64,000 nucleotides of DNA, from NCBI GenBank assembly GCA_963788195.1, contig CAWBGA010000002.1:224001-288000 (forward strand). Reading direction: 5' to 3'. Both the position numbers and the translations under genes were made by a program. This DNA is from Nitrospirota bacterium. GTDB taxonomy: Bacteria > Nitrospirota > Nitrospiria > Nitrospirales > NS-4. Of this stretch, positions 51,685 through 61,440 are shown piece by piece (within the stretch, counting starts at the first letter, position 1; every line of letters begins with the position of its first letter). The notes under the pieces were generated by a model. That model was not told the origin of the DNA, did not search any database, and saw only the letters and a list, made by a program, of their open reading frames with translations.

Positions 51685-52742
51685 GTGACGAAGCGGGAGA
51701 ACGTACTGAAGAGGCAACTCCGCGGCGCATCGAGGATGCGCGAAAAAAGGGCCAGGTCGCAAGCAGCCGGGAGCTCTCCATGGCGTTATCGCTGGCGGCG
51801 ATCGTCGCCTCTGGGAGTCTCATGGGCGTGTACGCGTTCGGGCAGTTAGCAACTACCATGCGGCAATGGCTTGCTACCGCCGGCACCACGAAGGTGACGG
51901 AGAGCACCTTTCAGACACTGGCGATGTACGCCGGGCGCGATGTCCTCACCATAGTGGTGCCGTTCGGTCTCGTGTTGACGGCGGTGGCGATCGGCGCCCA
52001 GATCGTGCAGGGCGGTTTGGTCTTGTCGAGCGAAAAGCTCAAATGGGACCTTATGAAATTGAGCCCGCTCGCCGGATTTAAGCGCATCTTCTCGATGCGC
52101 GCGCTCATGGAGCTGCCCAAAACTATCTTCAAGATCGGAATCGTAACAGCAGTCGTCTATTGGAATCTTAAGGACGAGATCCTGGCGCTGCCTCTCATGC
52201 TCCAGATGGAGCCGACAGTGGTGCTTTTCCACGCGGGAAAACTCGCGTTGTCCTTGACGATGTGGATGGCCGGCGCGCTTGGCGTACTGGGGATGGCCGA
52301 CTACGCATTCCAGCGATGGCAGCTCGGACGAGATTTGCGGATGACCAAGCAACAGGTGAAGGAGGAACACCGTGAATCTGAGGGCGATCCGATGATTCGG
52401 TCGCGCATCCGAGCCCTCCAGCGCGAACAGGCAAGAAAACGCATGATGCAGGAAGTGCCCAAGGCCGACGTGGTCATCACGAATCCCACTCACGTGGCTG
52501 TGGCTCTCAAATATGAGGGGACGCGGATGGCGGCGCCGACGGTGGTGGCGAAGGGGTCGGGCTACATTGCCGAGCGCATCCGAGAGGTGGCCGCCGAGCA
52601 CGGTGTGCCGATCATCGAGAACAAGCCTTTGGCCAGGAGCCTTAATGAACTGGTCGATCTCGGCAAGGAGATACCGGCAGATCTGTATCAGGCAGTAGCC
52701 GAAATCCTCGCCATGCTGTTGCGAGCGAAGGGACGGCTCTAG
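51681..52742 (+). CDS. flhB: Export switch FlhB
   Basis: RTEEATPRR, EGDP, TNPTH autocleavage motif. Confidence 0.97.
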   Translation: MSDEAGERTEEATPRRIEDARKKGQVASSRELSMALSLAAIVASGSLMGVYAFGQLATTMRQWLATAGTTKVTESTFQTLAMYAGRDVLTIVVPFGLVLTAVAIGAQIVQGGLVLSSEKLKWDLMKLSPLAGFKRIFSMRALMELPKTIFKIGIVTAVVYWNLKDEILALPLMLQMEPTVVLFHAGKLALSLTMWMAGALGVLGMADYAFQRWQLGRDLRMTKQQVKEEHRESEGDPMIRSRIRALQREQARKRMMQEVPKADVVITNPTHVAVALKYEGTRMAAPTVVAKGSGYIAERIREVAAEHGVPIIENKPLARSLNELVDLGKEIPADLYQAVAEILAMLLRAKGRL

Positions 52743-52761
52743 AGATGGTCAACCATTTCCC

Positions 52762-52788
52762 TGTCATCCTGAACGAAGTGAAGGATCT
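52762..52788. repeat. Solo REP-like family A 27-mer
   Basis: TGTCATCCTGAACGAAGTGAAGGATCT identical to 23471-23497. Confidence 0.85.
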
Positions 52789-52799
52789 AGGTTTGTAGC

Positions 52800-54920
52800 A
52801 TGGCCAACGCGATGACAAAAACAGGGACTATGGCGGCCGGACCGGACTGGCTAAAGAACGGCGATCTGGTCCTTTCGGTGAGCGTCGTCGGCATCCTCAT
52901 GGTCATGCTGCTTCCGTTGCCGCGATTCGTCCTCGATCTCCTTTTGACTCTCAGCATCACGCTCTCAGTGGTGATTCTACTGGTGTCGATGCATGTTCGC
53001 CGGCCATTAGAGTTCTCCTCCTTTCCATCGATCCTGCTGGTCGGGACACTGCTGCGCTTTGCCCTGAATATCGCCGCGACTCGCCTGATCCTTCTGCACG
53101 GCAACGAAGGGGCGGCGGCCGCGGGCGATGTCATCCTTGCGTTCGGCAATTTCGTCATGGGCGGAAACTACACGGTCGGCATCGTGGTCTTCTCGATTCT
53201 GGTTATTGTGAATTTCGTCGTGATCACGAAAGGCGCAGGCCGCATTGCGGAAGTCGCAGCTCGCTTCACCTTAGACGCCATGCCCGGCAAACAGATGAGC
53301 ATCGACGCGGATCTGAACGCGGGGATGATCGATGAGGGCGAAGCGCGACGCCGTCGCAAAGAAATCGCCGATGAGGCGGATTTCTATGGCGCCATGGATG
53401 GCGCGAGCAAGTTTGTCCGGGGCGATGCGATCGCCGCTGTGATCATCATCCTGGTTAATATTATTGGCGGCCTGACGATCGGTGTGCTTCAGCAGGGTCT
53501 GAGCATCGTGCAGGCTGCCCAAAACTATACCATCCTTACGGTCGGCGAAGGGTTGGTGGCTCAAGTCCCCGCGCTGCTTATGTCCACTGCCTCTGGTTTG
53601 ATCATGACCCGTGCGGCCTCCGAATCGAATCTCGGGGAGCAAATGGCCCGGCAGGTGCTGATGAATCCGAAAACCATCACCACCGCCGCGGTGCTACTGG
53701 GAGCTCTCGGGCTGGTTCCGGGGCTCCCTCATGCGGCTTTCTTATTCCTCGCGGCGCTCCTGGGCGGGCTCAGCTACAAGCTCCGCAAAGAGAAGGCCGC
53801 CGAGGCGCTCACGGAGGCAATGGAACCCATAGCGCTAGAGGGTGCGGCCGCCGCCGGCGCGGCGAAGCCCGGGGAGTCGGAGGCTCCGGCGCCGGTGGAC
53901 TTGATGGAACTGCAGGTGGGGTACGGATTGATCGGCTTGGTGGACGCGGAGCGGGGCGGAGAACTGCTGGAACGGATCAAAGCGATACGTAAGCAAATCG
54001 CCCAGGACTTGGGCTTCATGGCGCCTCCGATTCACATCCGCGACAATCTGCAGCTGCGACCGAACGGCTACACGATCCTGATCAAAGGCGCGGAGGTGGT
54101 ACGGGGCGAAGTCATGACGGGGCACGTGCTCGCAATTGATCCGGGCACCGCGGAGAAAGGTCTCGAAGGCATCGCGACGAAGGAGCCATGCTTTGGGCTG
54201 CCGGCGCTCTGGGTGCCGGATTCCAAGCGCGAGCAGGCCCAGCTCATGGGCTACACCGTCGTCGATCTGGCGTCGGTAATCACCACCCATCTCACGGAGT
54301 TGATCAGAGGGCACGCCCACGAACTCCTCGGCCGTCAGGAAACCCAGGCGCTCCTCGATAGCATGGCCAAGATTGCACCAAAGGTTGTCGAGGAGCTGAT
54401 TCCCCAGACCATTACCCTGGGTGGATTGGTCCGAGTGCTGGGAAATCTTCTGCGCGAACGGGTGCCGATTCGGGACATGCGGACGATCCTTGAGACCGTG
54501 GCCGACTATGCGTCCACGACCAAAGATATCGACATCCTGACCGAACACGTCCGGCAGGCGCTGGCCCGGACAATTACGCACCAGCATCTCGGGGGCGACG
54601 GATCACTGAGCGTGATCAGCTTGGATCCGACGCTGGATCGGCAGTTGTCCGAAGCCATACAGACTCACGGACAAGGCTCATATCTCTCGATCGCGCCCAG
54701 CCTCGCCCAACGGGTGCAGGCAGCGATCAAGCAGGCGGCCGAGCGCGCGATCGGGCGCGGGGTGCAGCCGGTGCTGCTGTGCTCGCCGCCGTTACGCCCG
54801 TACCTGCGGCGTTTGATCGAGCGGGGACTCTCATCGCTCCCCGTGTTGTCACTCAATGAAGTGGAGGGACAGGTGCGCTTGCAGTCCCTCGAGATGGTGA
54901 AGGTGACCGATGCAAATTAA
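52800..54920 (+). CDS. flhA: Export apparatus FlhA
   Basis: EVAARFTLDAMPGKQMSIDADL, FYGAMDGASKFVRGD. Confidence 0.97.
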   Translation: MANAMTKTGTMAAGPDWLKNGDLVLSVSVVGILMVMLLPLPRFVLDLLLTLSITLSVVILLVSMHVRRPLEFSSFPSILLVGTLLRFALNIAATRLILLHGNEGAAAAGDVILAFGNFVMGGNYTVGIVVFSILVIVNFVVITKGAGRIAEVAARFTLDAMPGKQMSIDADLNAGMIDEGEARRRRKEIADEADFYGAMDGASKFVRGDAIAAVIIILVNIIGGLTIGVLQQGLSIVQAAQNYTILTVGEGLVAQVPALLMSTASGLIMTRAASESNLGEQMARQVLMNPKTITTAAVLLGALGLVPGLPHAAFLFLAALLGGLSYKLRKEKAAEALTEAMEPIALEGAAAAGAAKPGESEAPAPVDLMELQVGYGLIGLVDAERGGELLERIKAIRKQIAQDLGFMAPPIHIRDNLQLRPNGYTILIKGAEVVRGEVMTGHVLAIDPGTAEKGLEGIATKEPCFGLPALWVPDSKREQAQLMGYTVVDLASVITTHLTELIRGHAHELLGRQETQALLDSMAKIAPKVVEELIPQTITLGGLVRVLGNLLRERVPIRDMRTILETVADYASTTKDIDILTEHVRQALARTITHQHLGGDGSLSVISLDPTLDRQLSEAIQTHGQGSYLSIAPSLAQRVQAAIKQAAERAIGRGVQPVLLCSPPLRPYLRRLIERGLSSLPVLSLNEVEGQVRLQSLEMVKVTDAN

Positions 54921-56496
54921 GACGTTTCGCGCGCTGGACATGAGAGAAGCTTTACGGGCCGTGAAAGAAGAGCTGGGCCCTGCCGCTGTGATCCTTTCAA
55001 CGCAGGAGGTGAAGTGCGCCAGCGGCGCTTTTGGCCTCTTCAGCCGGGCGCTGGTGGAGGTGACTGCTGCTGTGGATCGGGAAGGAGCGGATTCAGCAAG
55101 GACGCGTTCCTCGGGAAAAGAGCCTGCTGCGGCAGGTTCCGGTTATGGGCAAGGGACGCGTCCCGGCGCGTCCGGGGCGGGTGGGCGGCCTGCGGAAGGC
55201 GGCCGTTCTGACGAAAGGCCGCGCGGGTTGACAGAAGCGATTCTGTCACATGGAAGGCTGGTGCGAGGCTGGGAGAATCTCCAGAAGGGTCGACAGGAGC
55301 CTGCACGCTTAAATTCATCCTTCTCTGAGCATATGCAGAGCGCCGACGGGGTTGAGGCGATCCGGGAAGACCTCGCGCAGATCAGAGAAGAGCTAAGGGA
55401 TCTTCGCCGCTTGTCTGTGCCGGCATCCGGCGACCGCGAAGGCTGGACGGCATTTGAAGAAGATCTGCGGGGAGTCCGACGCCTGGTGGGGACCCTGGTG
55501 AAAAACGACCGGGATCTCTTTGTTGAGCAGATGACCACGCCGCTCAAAGCCGCCTATGACTGGCTGCTCGATACGGGGTTGGCTGTTGATGTGGTCTTCA
55601 ACGTGATTCAGCAACTACATGTTGACCTGCCACTGGAAGATCAGCAACTGACCCAGAGGTTGCGGGCGTCTCTCCTCGCTCTTATCGCCAGGGAGGTAAG
55701 GATCTCCGGCCCGTTACTGGCAGAGGACGGAACATCGAAGGCCGTCATGCTTGTCGGGCCCAGCGGAGTAGGCAAGACGACGACCATTGCGAAGCTCGCC
55801 GCCCTCTACGCGCTCCAGCAGAAACGCAAGGTCGCGCTGATCACCTTGGATACCTATCGCGTCGCCGCGGTCGAGCAGTTACGGGTCTACGGCACGATCC
55901 TGAAGCTCTCCGTCGATGTGGCCCTGACCTGTGAAGACCTGGCCGGGCTGCTTCGAATGCGCAGGTCGGCCGATCTGATTCTTATTGATACGGCGGGACG
56001 AAGCCCTCTGGATCAAGCCGCGATGCGCGAGCTCAAAAAACTCGTCGGGCCCAATCGCGAGGTGGAGGCCCATCTGCTGCTGTCGGCGGCCACTCGTGAA
56101 GCGGATCTGACCGTCGTCTTAGACCGTTTCATGACATTGCCGGTGAAAAGCTTGATCTTCTCCAAGCTTGACGAAACGACGCAATACGGAAGCCTCTTTA
56201 ATGTGCTTCAACGGACAGGCCTGCCGCTTTCTTACCTCAGCACAGGGCAGCGGGTGCCGGAAGACCTTGAAGTCGCGACCCCTGAGCTTCTCGCCGAGGT
56301 GCTGTTGGAGGGAATCACGGCAGTGAAGAAAGTCCCACCCGGGGTCCAGGCTCTCTCCGGGTACACACCGAACGTTCCTGTGGAAACAATAAAAAACGTC
56401 CCGATGGTTGCTCAAGAACCGGCGCCTCAAAGAAATCTTCTGGGAGCGCTCGGCTGGGCTCTTGGCCGTCGCTCCGGCAAAAAAAGCACTGAGTAA
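54910..56496 (+). CDS. flhF: SRP-family GTPase FlhF
   Basis: ALRAVKEELG, GPSGVGKTTTIAKLA, DTYR, DTAG, KLDE, GQRVPED. Confidence 0.95.
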   Translation: MQIKTFRALDMREALRAVKEELGPAAVILSTQEVKCASGAFGLFSRALVEVTAAVDREGADSARTRSSGKEPAAAGSGYGQGTRPGASGAGGRPAEGGRSDERPRGLTEAILSHGRLVRGWENLQKGRQEPARLNSSFSEHMQSADGVEAIREDLAQIREELRDLRRLSVPASGDREGWTAFEEDLRGVRRLVGTLVKNDRDLFVEQMTTPLKAAYDWLLDTGLAVDVVFNVIQQLHVDLPLEDQQLTQRLRASLLALIAREVRISGPLLAEDGTSKAVMLVGPSGVGKTTTIAKLAALYALQQKRKVALITLDTYRVAAVEQLRVYGTILKLSVDVALTCEDLAGLLRMRRSADLILIDTAGRSPLDQAAMRELKKLVGPNREVEAHLLLSAATREADLTVVLDRFMTLPVKSLIFSKLDETTQYGSLFNVLQRTGLPLSYLSTGQRVPEDLEVATPELLAEVLLEGITAVKKVPPGVQALSGYTPNVPVETIKNVPMVAQEPAPQRNLLGALGWALGRRSGKKSTE

Positions 56497-56508
56497 AGAG
56501 GAGAGCGA

Positions 56509-57372
56509 ATGGATCAGACAACGACCTTGCGACAAGCCGTGGCCATGAAAGCACCCGGCCATTCCATCCGCGTCGTGGCCGTCACAAGCGGGAAGGGAGG
56601 GGTCGGTAAAACGAACGTCACCGCGAATCTGGCGGTGGCGCTCGCGCATCTCGGGCGGCGGGTGATGGTGCTTGATGCCGACCTGGGACTGGGCAATCTC
56701 GACGTCCTCCTGGGACTGACACCCCGGTACAGTCTTGCGGACGTGCTGACCGGACAACGGCGTCTCCGCGATGTGCTGGTTTCGGGTCCCGGCGGAATCA
56801 CCGTCCTTCCGGCCGGCTCCGGGTTCCAGAATCTCACGGCCTTGACCGACCCCCAGATGCGCGAACTGCAGTCGGAGATGGACGACCTGCAGGAGCAGAC
56901 GGACGTGCTGTTGATCGACACGGGCGCAGGGATCGGCCGCAACGTCACGTCGTTCGCTACCATGGCGCAGGACATCATCGTGGTGGTGGCGCCGGAACCT
57001 ACCTCTCTCACCGACGCGTACGCGCTCATGAAAGTTCTGTCCACGCAACACAGCGAACGGCGGTTCCGTTTGCTGGTCAGTATGACCCGGACTCCGACCG
57101 ACGGTCGGGATGTCTATCGCAAGCTCAGTCTCGTCGCCGAGCGGTTTCTTCATATCTCAATCGATTTTCTCGGAAGCATTCCCTATGACCATCGCTTAGT
57201 CGAAGCCGTGTGCCAACAACGGCCGTTGGTCGAGTTGTACCCCCAGTCGAAGGCCGCCCAGGCATTCCTCGGCCTTGCGCACGATGTCGCCGATTGGCCT
57301 CTGCCCGAGAGCCCCAAAGGCGGCCTGCAGTTTTTCTGGAAAAGTCTATTGAGGAAGGATCAGCCAATATGA
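56509..57372 (+). CDS. flhG: MinD-like ATPase FlhG/FleN
   Basis: MDQ..TLR, SGKGGVGKT, DADLGL, EPTSLTDAYA. Confidence 0.94.
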   Translation: MDQTTTLRQAVAMKAPGHSIRVVAVTSGKGGVGKTNVTANLAVALAHLGRRVMVLDADLGLGNLDVLLGLTPRYSLADVLTGQRRLRDVLVSGPGGITVLPAGSGFQNLTALTDPQMRELQSEMDDLQEQTDVLLIDTGAGIGRNVTSFATMAQDIIVVVAPEPTSLTDAYALMKVLSTQHSERRFRLLVSMTRTPTDGRDVYRKLSLVAERFLHISIDFLGSIPYDHRLVEAVCQQRPLVELYPQSKAAQAFLGLAHDVADWPLPESPKGGLQFFWKSLLRKDQPI

Positions 57373-58121
57373 TGATCGTCGGAAACACTGCCAAATCACC
57401 GGCGGCCCGGCAGGCCTATGAGGAACGCAGGGAGGCGCTGATCAAGGAATTCGCGCCCACGATTAAATACCTCGCGTCACGGCTAGCGGTTCGGCTTCCA
57501 TCGTATCTCGACGCCGAGGACCTCTTCAGCGTCGGCCTGATCGGATTGCTGAATGCCTTCGATCGGTACGATCCGACGCGCGAGGCGAAATTTAAAACGT
57601 ATGCCGAGTACCGAATCCGCGGAGCGATGCTCGATGAAATCCGATCCATGGATTGGATCCCGCGCTCGGTGCGCGACCGGATCACGCTGCTCCAGCGCAC
57701 CTGTGATGGACTCCAGAAGCAACATGGCCGGCCGCCGACGGAGGAGGAAATCGGAGAGGCGATGGGTCTCAACCAGGAACAGTTCACTGATTTTGTGGTC
57801 CGTTCGCAGGGCGCGTTTGTCCTGAGTCTTGACGATCTCCAGAGTCAGGAGCCGGAGCCACGCACATTGCTCCAGTGCATGGGCGATCCCTCTGCGAAGG
57901 ATCCCTTGATCGAGTTGGTCAGCGCTTCTAAACGGAAACAACTGGCAGAGGCGATAGAGGCGCTTCCCCATAAGGAGCGGATGGTCTTGACGTTCTACTA
58001 CTATGAAGAGCTCACCATGAAAGAGATCGGCAAAGCGCTCTCGGTCACGGAATCGCGGGTGTCCCAACTGCACAGCCAGGCGTTAATTCGATTGAAAGGG
58101 TCGTTGAAGATTGAAGTGTAG
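57369..58121 (+). CDS. fliA: Flagellar sigma factor sigma28
   Basis: RIRGAMLDEIRSMDWIPRS, YYYEELTMKEIG, TESRVSQLH; ATGA overlap with flhG. Confidence 0.95.
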   Translation: MMIVGNTAKSPAARQAYEERREALIKEFAPTIKYLASRLAVRLPSYLDAEDLFSVGLIGLLNAFDRYDPTREAKFKTYAEYRIRGAMLDEIRSMDWIPRSVRDRITLLQRTCDGLQKQHGRPPTEEEIGEAMGLNQEQFTDFVVRSQGAFVLSLDDLQSQEPEPRTLLQCMGDPSAKDPLIELVSASKRKQLAEAIEALPHKERMVLTFYYYEELTMKEIGKALSVTESRVSQLHSQALIRLKGSLKIEV

Positions 58122-58306
58122 TGAGACATACGCGTCCGTATTGAGTCAAAACTTGAATTAGATAATATCTAGTTATATTGTCCTAATATAGAACGCCTAC
58201 ATCTTGTCAGCCTCCATCAAAACAACCAGACTTATGGCCATTTCAAAACTCATTGAATCCCTTGAAAGGCCAGTAAAATTTGGGAAGGAACAGGTGAACG
58301 CACAGC

Positions 58307-60370
58307 ATGAGCAGTAAGAAACCTGTGGACCAAGGAACGCCTGCAGCCGTCGTACCCGAGCATGAACTCGAACACGATACGGAAGTCAGCCTTGCGGCTA
58401 TGACGAAACAACTGTGGGAGCGGTTCGAAAATACGATGCTTGAGCGTATCGCCGTGCTGGAGCGGGCTGCCACGGCCGTCCTAGAAGAGGCGCTTGATCA
58501 GGGCTTGCGACGTCAAGCGGAACGGGAAGCGCATAAGCTCGCCGCTTCACTGGGGATCTATGGTTATCCGCTCGGCACGGACTTGGCTCGTGAGATCGAA
58601 GAGCTATTGCATGGCGATGACCTCGTGCAACCGGAGCAGGCGCTCCGACTGTCCCAATTGGTGGTTGCCTTACGGCCTCACCTTGACCAGTCTTCCGCTG
58701 AAAAACGATTGCTGACCCCGGGCCCTACGCAGCGCATGCTGATGATTAGTGACGATGCCGAATTGGCTAAGCGTGTTGCCATCGATTCCGCGGCTCGCGG
58801 ATTGCAGGTTCAGCGAACGACGATCTTCGGCCTTGAACAGAGCCTCGAGATGCGGCCAACCATTATCCTAATTGACGTGAAGGTTTCCCATAGCCCTGCA
58901 CATGCCCTCGCCACCGTGGCGGCCCGATGGCCCGAGGTCCCGCTGGTGGTGCTAGCTCTTCAGGATTCCCTAGTGGATCGGGTTGGAGTAGCGCGGTGGG
59001 CAAGCCAGGCGTTTCTGCAGAAACCGGCCACATCCCAGCAAATCGTAGAACTCACGGCACAAATTCTACAAAACGCAGAAGCCGATAGGGCGAAGATCTT
59101 GGTGGTAGAGAACGACCCTCTCGTCCTGGCTGCGCTGGACATGTTTCTTCGGCCGCCGCGGTTTACGGTTGTCGCCCACGGCGATGCGCTCACCTTTTGG
59201 GAGGCGTTAGAAAAAACGTCGCCGGATCTGTTGATCCTGGATATCGACATGCCTGGTCTGAGCGGCATGGAGCTGTGCCATATGGTGCGAAACGATCCCC
59301 GTTGGTCCGCATTGCCTATTCTGTGTCTCACTGCACACACGGATTCAGTATCAGTTCACAAGATCTTCGCTGTCAGGGCTGATGATTATATTCCGAAACC
59401 TTTTGCCGGCCCCGAACTTCTGGCGCGCATTCGAAATCGGTTAGAGCGCATGCGGATGAAGACCAGCCTGGTCGAGACCGATTCCCTTACCGGCGTGGCC
59501 ACGCGGACCAAATCGGAAGGGGTGGTGACCCGATTGCTGAAACTGGCCGATCGGCATCATCAGCCAATCAGTTTGGCCGTTTTGAACATAGACAAATTGA
59601 AGCTGATTAACACCCGCGAAGGGCATGCCATCGGGGATGCGGTGTTGAGGACGTTGGGGCAGATCCTGCTGAGTTCCTTCCGGGGAGAAGATATCGTCGC
59701 GCGATGGGCCGGCGAGGAGTTTGTAGCGGTGATGTACGGCATGACACGGAGCGACGGGGTGCACCGCCTTGACCAGATTCTGGCCGCATTTCAGAAAAAG
59801 GGATTTCCCGCCGAGAAAGGAGCCGCATTTGTGGCTACGTTCAGTGCGGGGGTTGCCGAGTATCCGGTCGATGGATCCACTCTGCAGGAATTATATCGCG
59901 CCGCTAGCGACGCGCTGTGCCATGCCCAAGCAGCGGGAAGAAATCGGGTGCTCCCCGCCGGCTGGCAGGGCGATCAGGCGCCGGTCGTCAAGCAAGTAGA
60001 TGTCGTGCTGGTTGACGATGATGAGGCCCTCACTGCGCTTTTATCCCATACACTCAAAATTCGCGGCTATACCACCCACTGCCTAACGGATGGCCAGGCC
60101 GCTGTCGAGGCAATGTGCGGGCGCGAGCCGCGTCTGAAGGCTAAAGTCATTTTGCTGGACGTGAGTCTGCCCGGCCTGGATGGATTTGGGGTGTTAAGAC
60201 AGCTGGCCAGCGATCAAATCCTGCGTCGCACCAAGGTGATCGTACTGACCGCCCGTGCACTCGAAACGGAGGTGCTGAAGGCCCTCGAGCTTGGGGCGTT
60301 TGACCATCTCGCTAAACCTTTCAGCATGCCGGTGTTAATGCAGCTTGTGCGTCGGGCGATTGAGCTATGA
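58307..60370 (+). CDS. Hpt-REC-REC-GGDEF(degenerate)-REC signalling protein
   Basis: EAHKLAASLG; LILDIDMP...KPF; NIDKLKLINTREGHAIGD, RGED-IVARW-AGEEF; LLDVSLP...KPF. Confidence 0.88.
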   Translation: MSSKKPVDQGTPAAVVPEHELEHDTEVSLAAMTKQLWERFENTMLERIAVLERAATAVLEEALDQGLRRQAEREAHKLAASLGIYGYPLGTDLAREIEELLHGDDLVQPEQALRLSQLVVALRPHLDQSSAEKRLLTPGPTQRMLMISDDAELAKRVAIDSAARGLQVQRTTIFGLEQSLEMRPTIILIDVKVSHSPAHALATVAARWPEVPLVVLALQDSLVDRVGVARWASQAFLQKPATSQQIVELTAQILQNAEADRAKILVVENDPLVLAALDMFLRPPRFTVVAHGDALTFWEALEKTSPDLLILDIDMPGLSGMELCHMVRNDPRWSALPILCLTAHTDSVSVHKIFAVRADDYIPKPFAGPELLARIRNRLERMRMKTSLVETDSLTGVATRTKSEGVVTRLLKLADRHHQPISLAVLNIDKLKLINTREGHAIGDAVLRTLGQILLSSFRGEDIVARWAGEEFVAVMYGMTRSDGVHRLDQILAAFQKKGFPAEKGAAFVATFSAGVAEYPVDGSTLQELYRAASDALCHAQAAGRNRVLPAGWQGDQAPVVKQVDVVLVDDDEALTALLSHTLKIRGYTTHCLTDGQAAVEAMCGREPRLKAKVILLDVSLPGLDGFGVLRQLASDQILRRTKVIVLTARALETEVLKALELGAFDHLAKPFSMPVLMQLVRRAIEL

Positions 60371-61440
60371 GTATTTCTTCTGGCTTCCTTGCTGACATGC
60401 TCCGCGCCATCGTGGTCGTTGAGGGAATCTTTATTCTGCTCGGCGTCGCGCTCGTCGTGGGACACGGGCTCTGGCTTTGGCGCGAGAGAAAACGAAGCAA
60501 GCGCCTACTTGCCATAGCCCATGTAAGATTGGCATCGCTACTTGAAGAAGAGATGCCGCGCACAGGATACCAACAGTTTGAACACCTTCCTGCGAGGCTG
60601 CAGTTACGGTTGCTAGCCGAGATCCTTCCCAGTCTCAGCGGCGCTCAACGCGAGAGGCTTTCCGGACTTGCTATCGGGCTGGGGCTTGTAAGACGGGCGT
60701 TCAAGCAGTGCCGCAGTCGGTGGTGGTGGCGACGGCTTCGCGGCGCGCGCTTCTGCACTGCGTTGGGGTATCCCCACGCCATGATCCTGACGCTGTTGAC
60801 CGATGCTCACCCCATCGTCAGGGCTCAGGCTGCGGAATGGGCCTCTGAGTGTCCATCACCCCTTCTCATTACACATCTGTTGGACTTGCTTCGTGATGAA
60901 GCGACTTTGTGCTACTACACCGCGCAAGACTCCCTCCTTCGCATGGGAGTTCCCGTAATAGAGCCGTTAATCGATTACCTCTCGAGCCATTCTGAGCAGG
61001 CCTCTCTCGAGCCGGCGCTGACCGTCGCGCTGGGCCTGTCTGCGCCTGAATTCCTGCCGGTCGCGCTCACTCTGACCGGTCATGAGTCTCTGACGGTGCG
61101 CTTGCGGGCCGTCGCCTTACTCGGAGCACTCGGCGGAAAGGATGTCGTGAATGCGTTAATCGAACGGCTCGATGATGTTGCTCCGGAAGTCCGAACGGAG
61201 GCCGCTCGGGCGTTGGGTGCCCTCGGCCATTGGCCGGCGGCCAGCCGTCTGGCTACAGCGCTCCGGGATCAGGAATGGACCGTGAGGCGGGAGTCAGCCT
61301 TGGCGTTGCGCGCCGTGGGCGCTCCGGGCATTTTGTTTCTGCGCCGGGCGCTCTCCGAAAAAGACGGCTTCGCCTCGGACATGGCCAGACAGGTCCTGGA
61401 TATACCGGAGACGACGGCGCTCTTGCCGTCGGCCTCATAA
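60367..61440 (+). CDS. Membrane-anchored HEAT-repeat protein
   Basis: N-terminal TM; LLTD.HPIVRAQAA, LDD.APEVRTEAARALG, LRD.EWTVRRESA. Confidence 0.85.
   Translation: MSISSGFLADMLRAIVVVEGIFILLGVALVVGHGLWLWRERKRSKRLLAIAHVRLASLLEEEMPRTGYQQFEHLPARLQLRLLAEILPSLSGAQRERLSGLAIGLGLVRRAFKQCRSRWWWRRLRGARFCTALGYPHAMILTLLTDAHPIVRAQAAEWASECPSPLLITHLLDLLRDEATLCYYTAQDSLLRMGVPVIEPLIDYLSSHSEQASLEPALTVALGLSAPEFLPVALTLTGHESLTVRLRAVALLGALGGKDVVNALIERLDDVAPEVRTEAARALGALGHWPAASRLATALRDQEWTVRRESALALRAVGAPGILFLRRALSEKDGFASDMARQVLDIPETTALLPSAS

Noticed and set aside
36272..54920. Virulence type III secretion system
   Set aside because: Rod, hook, FliG/M/N, FlhF/G and sigma28 identify a flagellum
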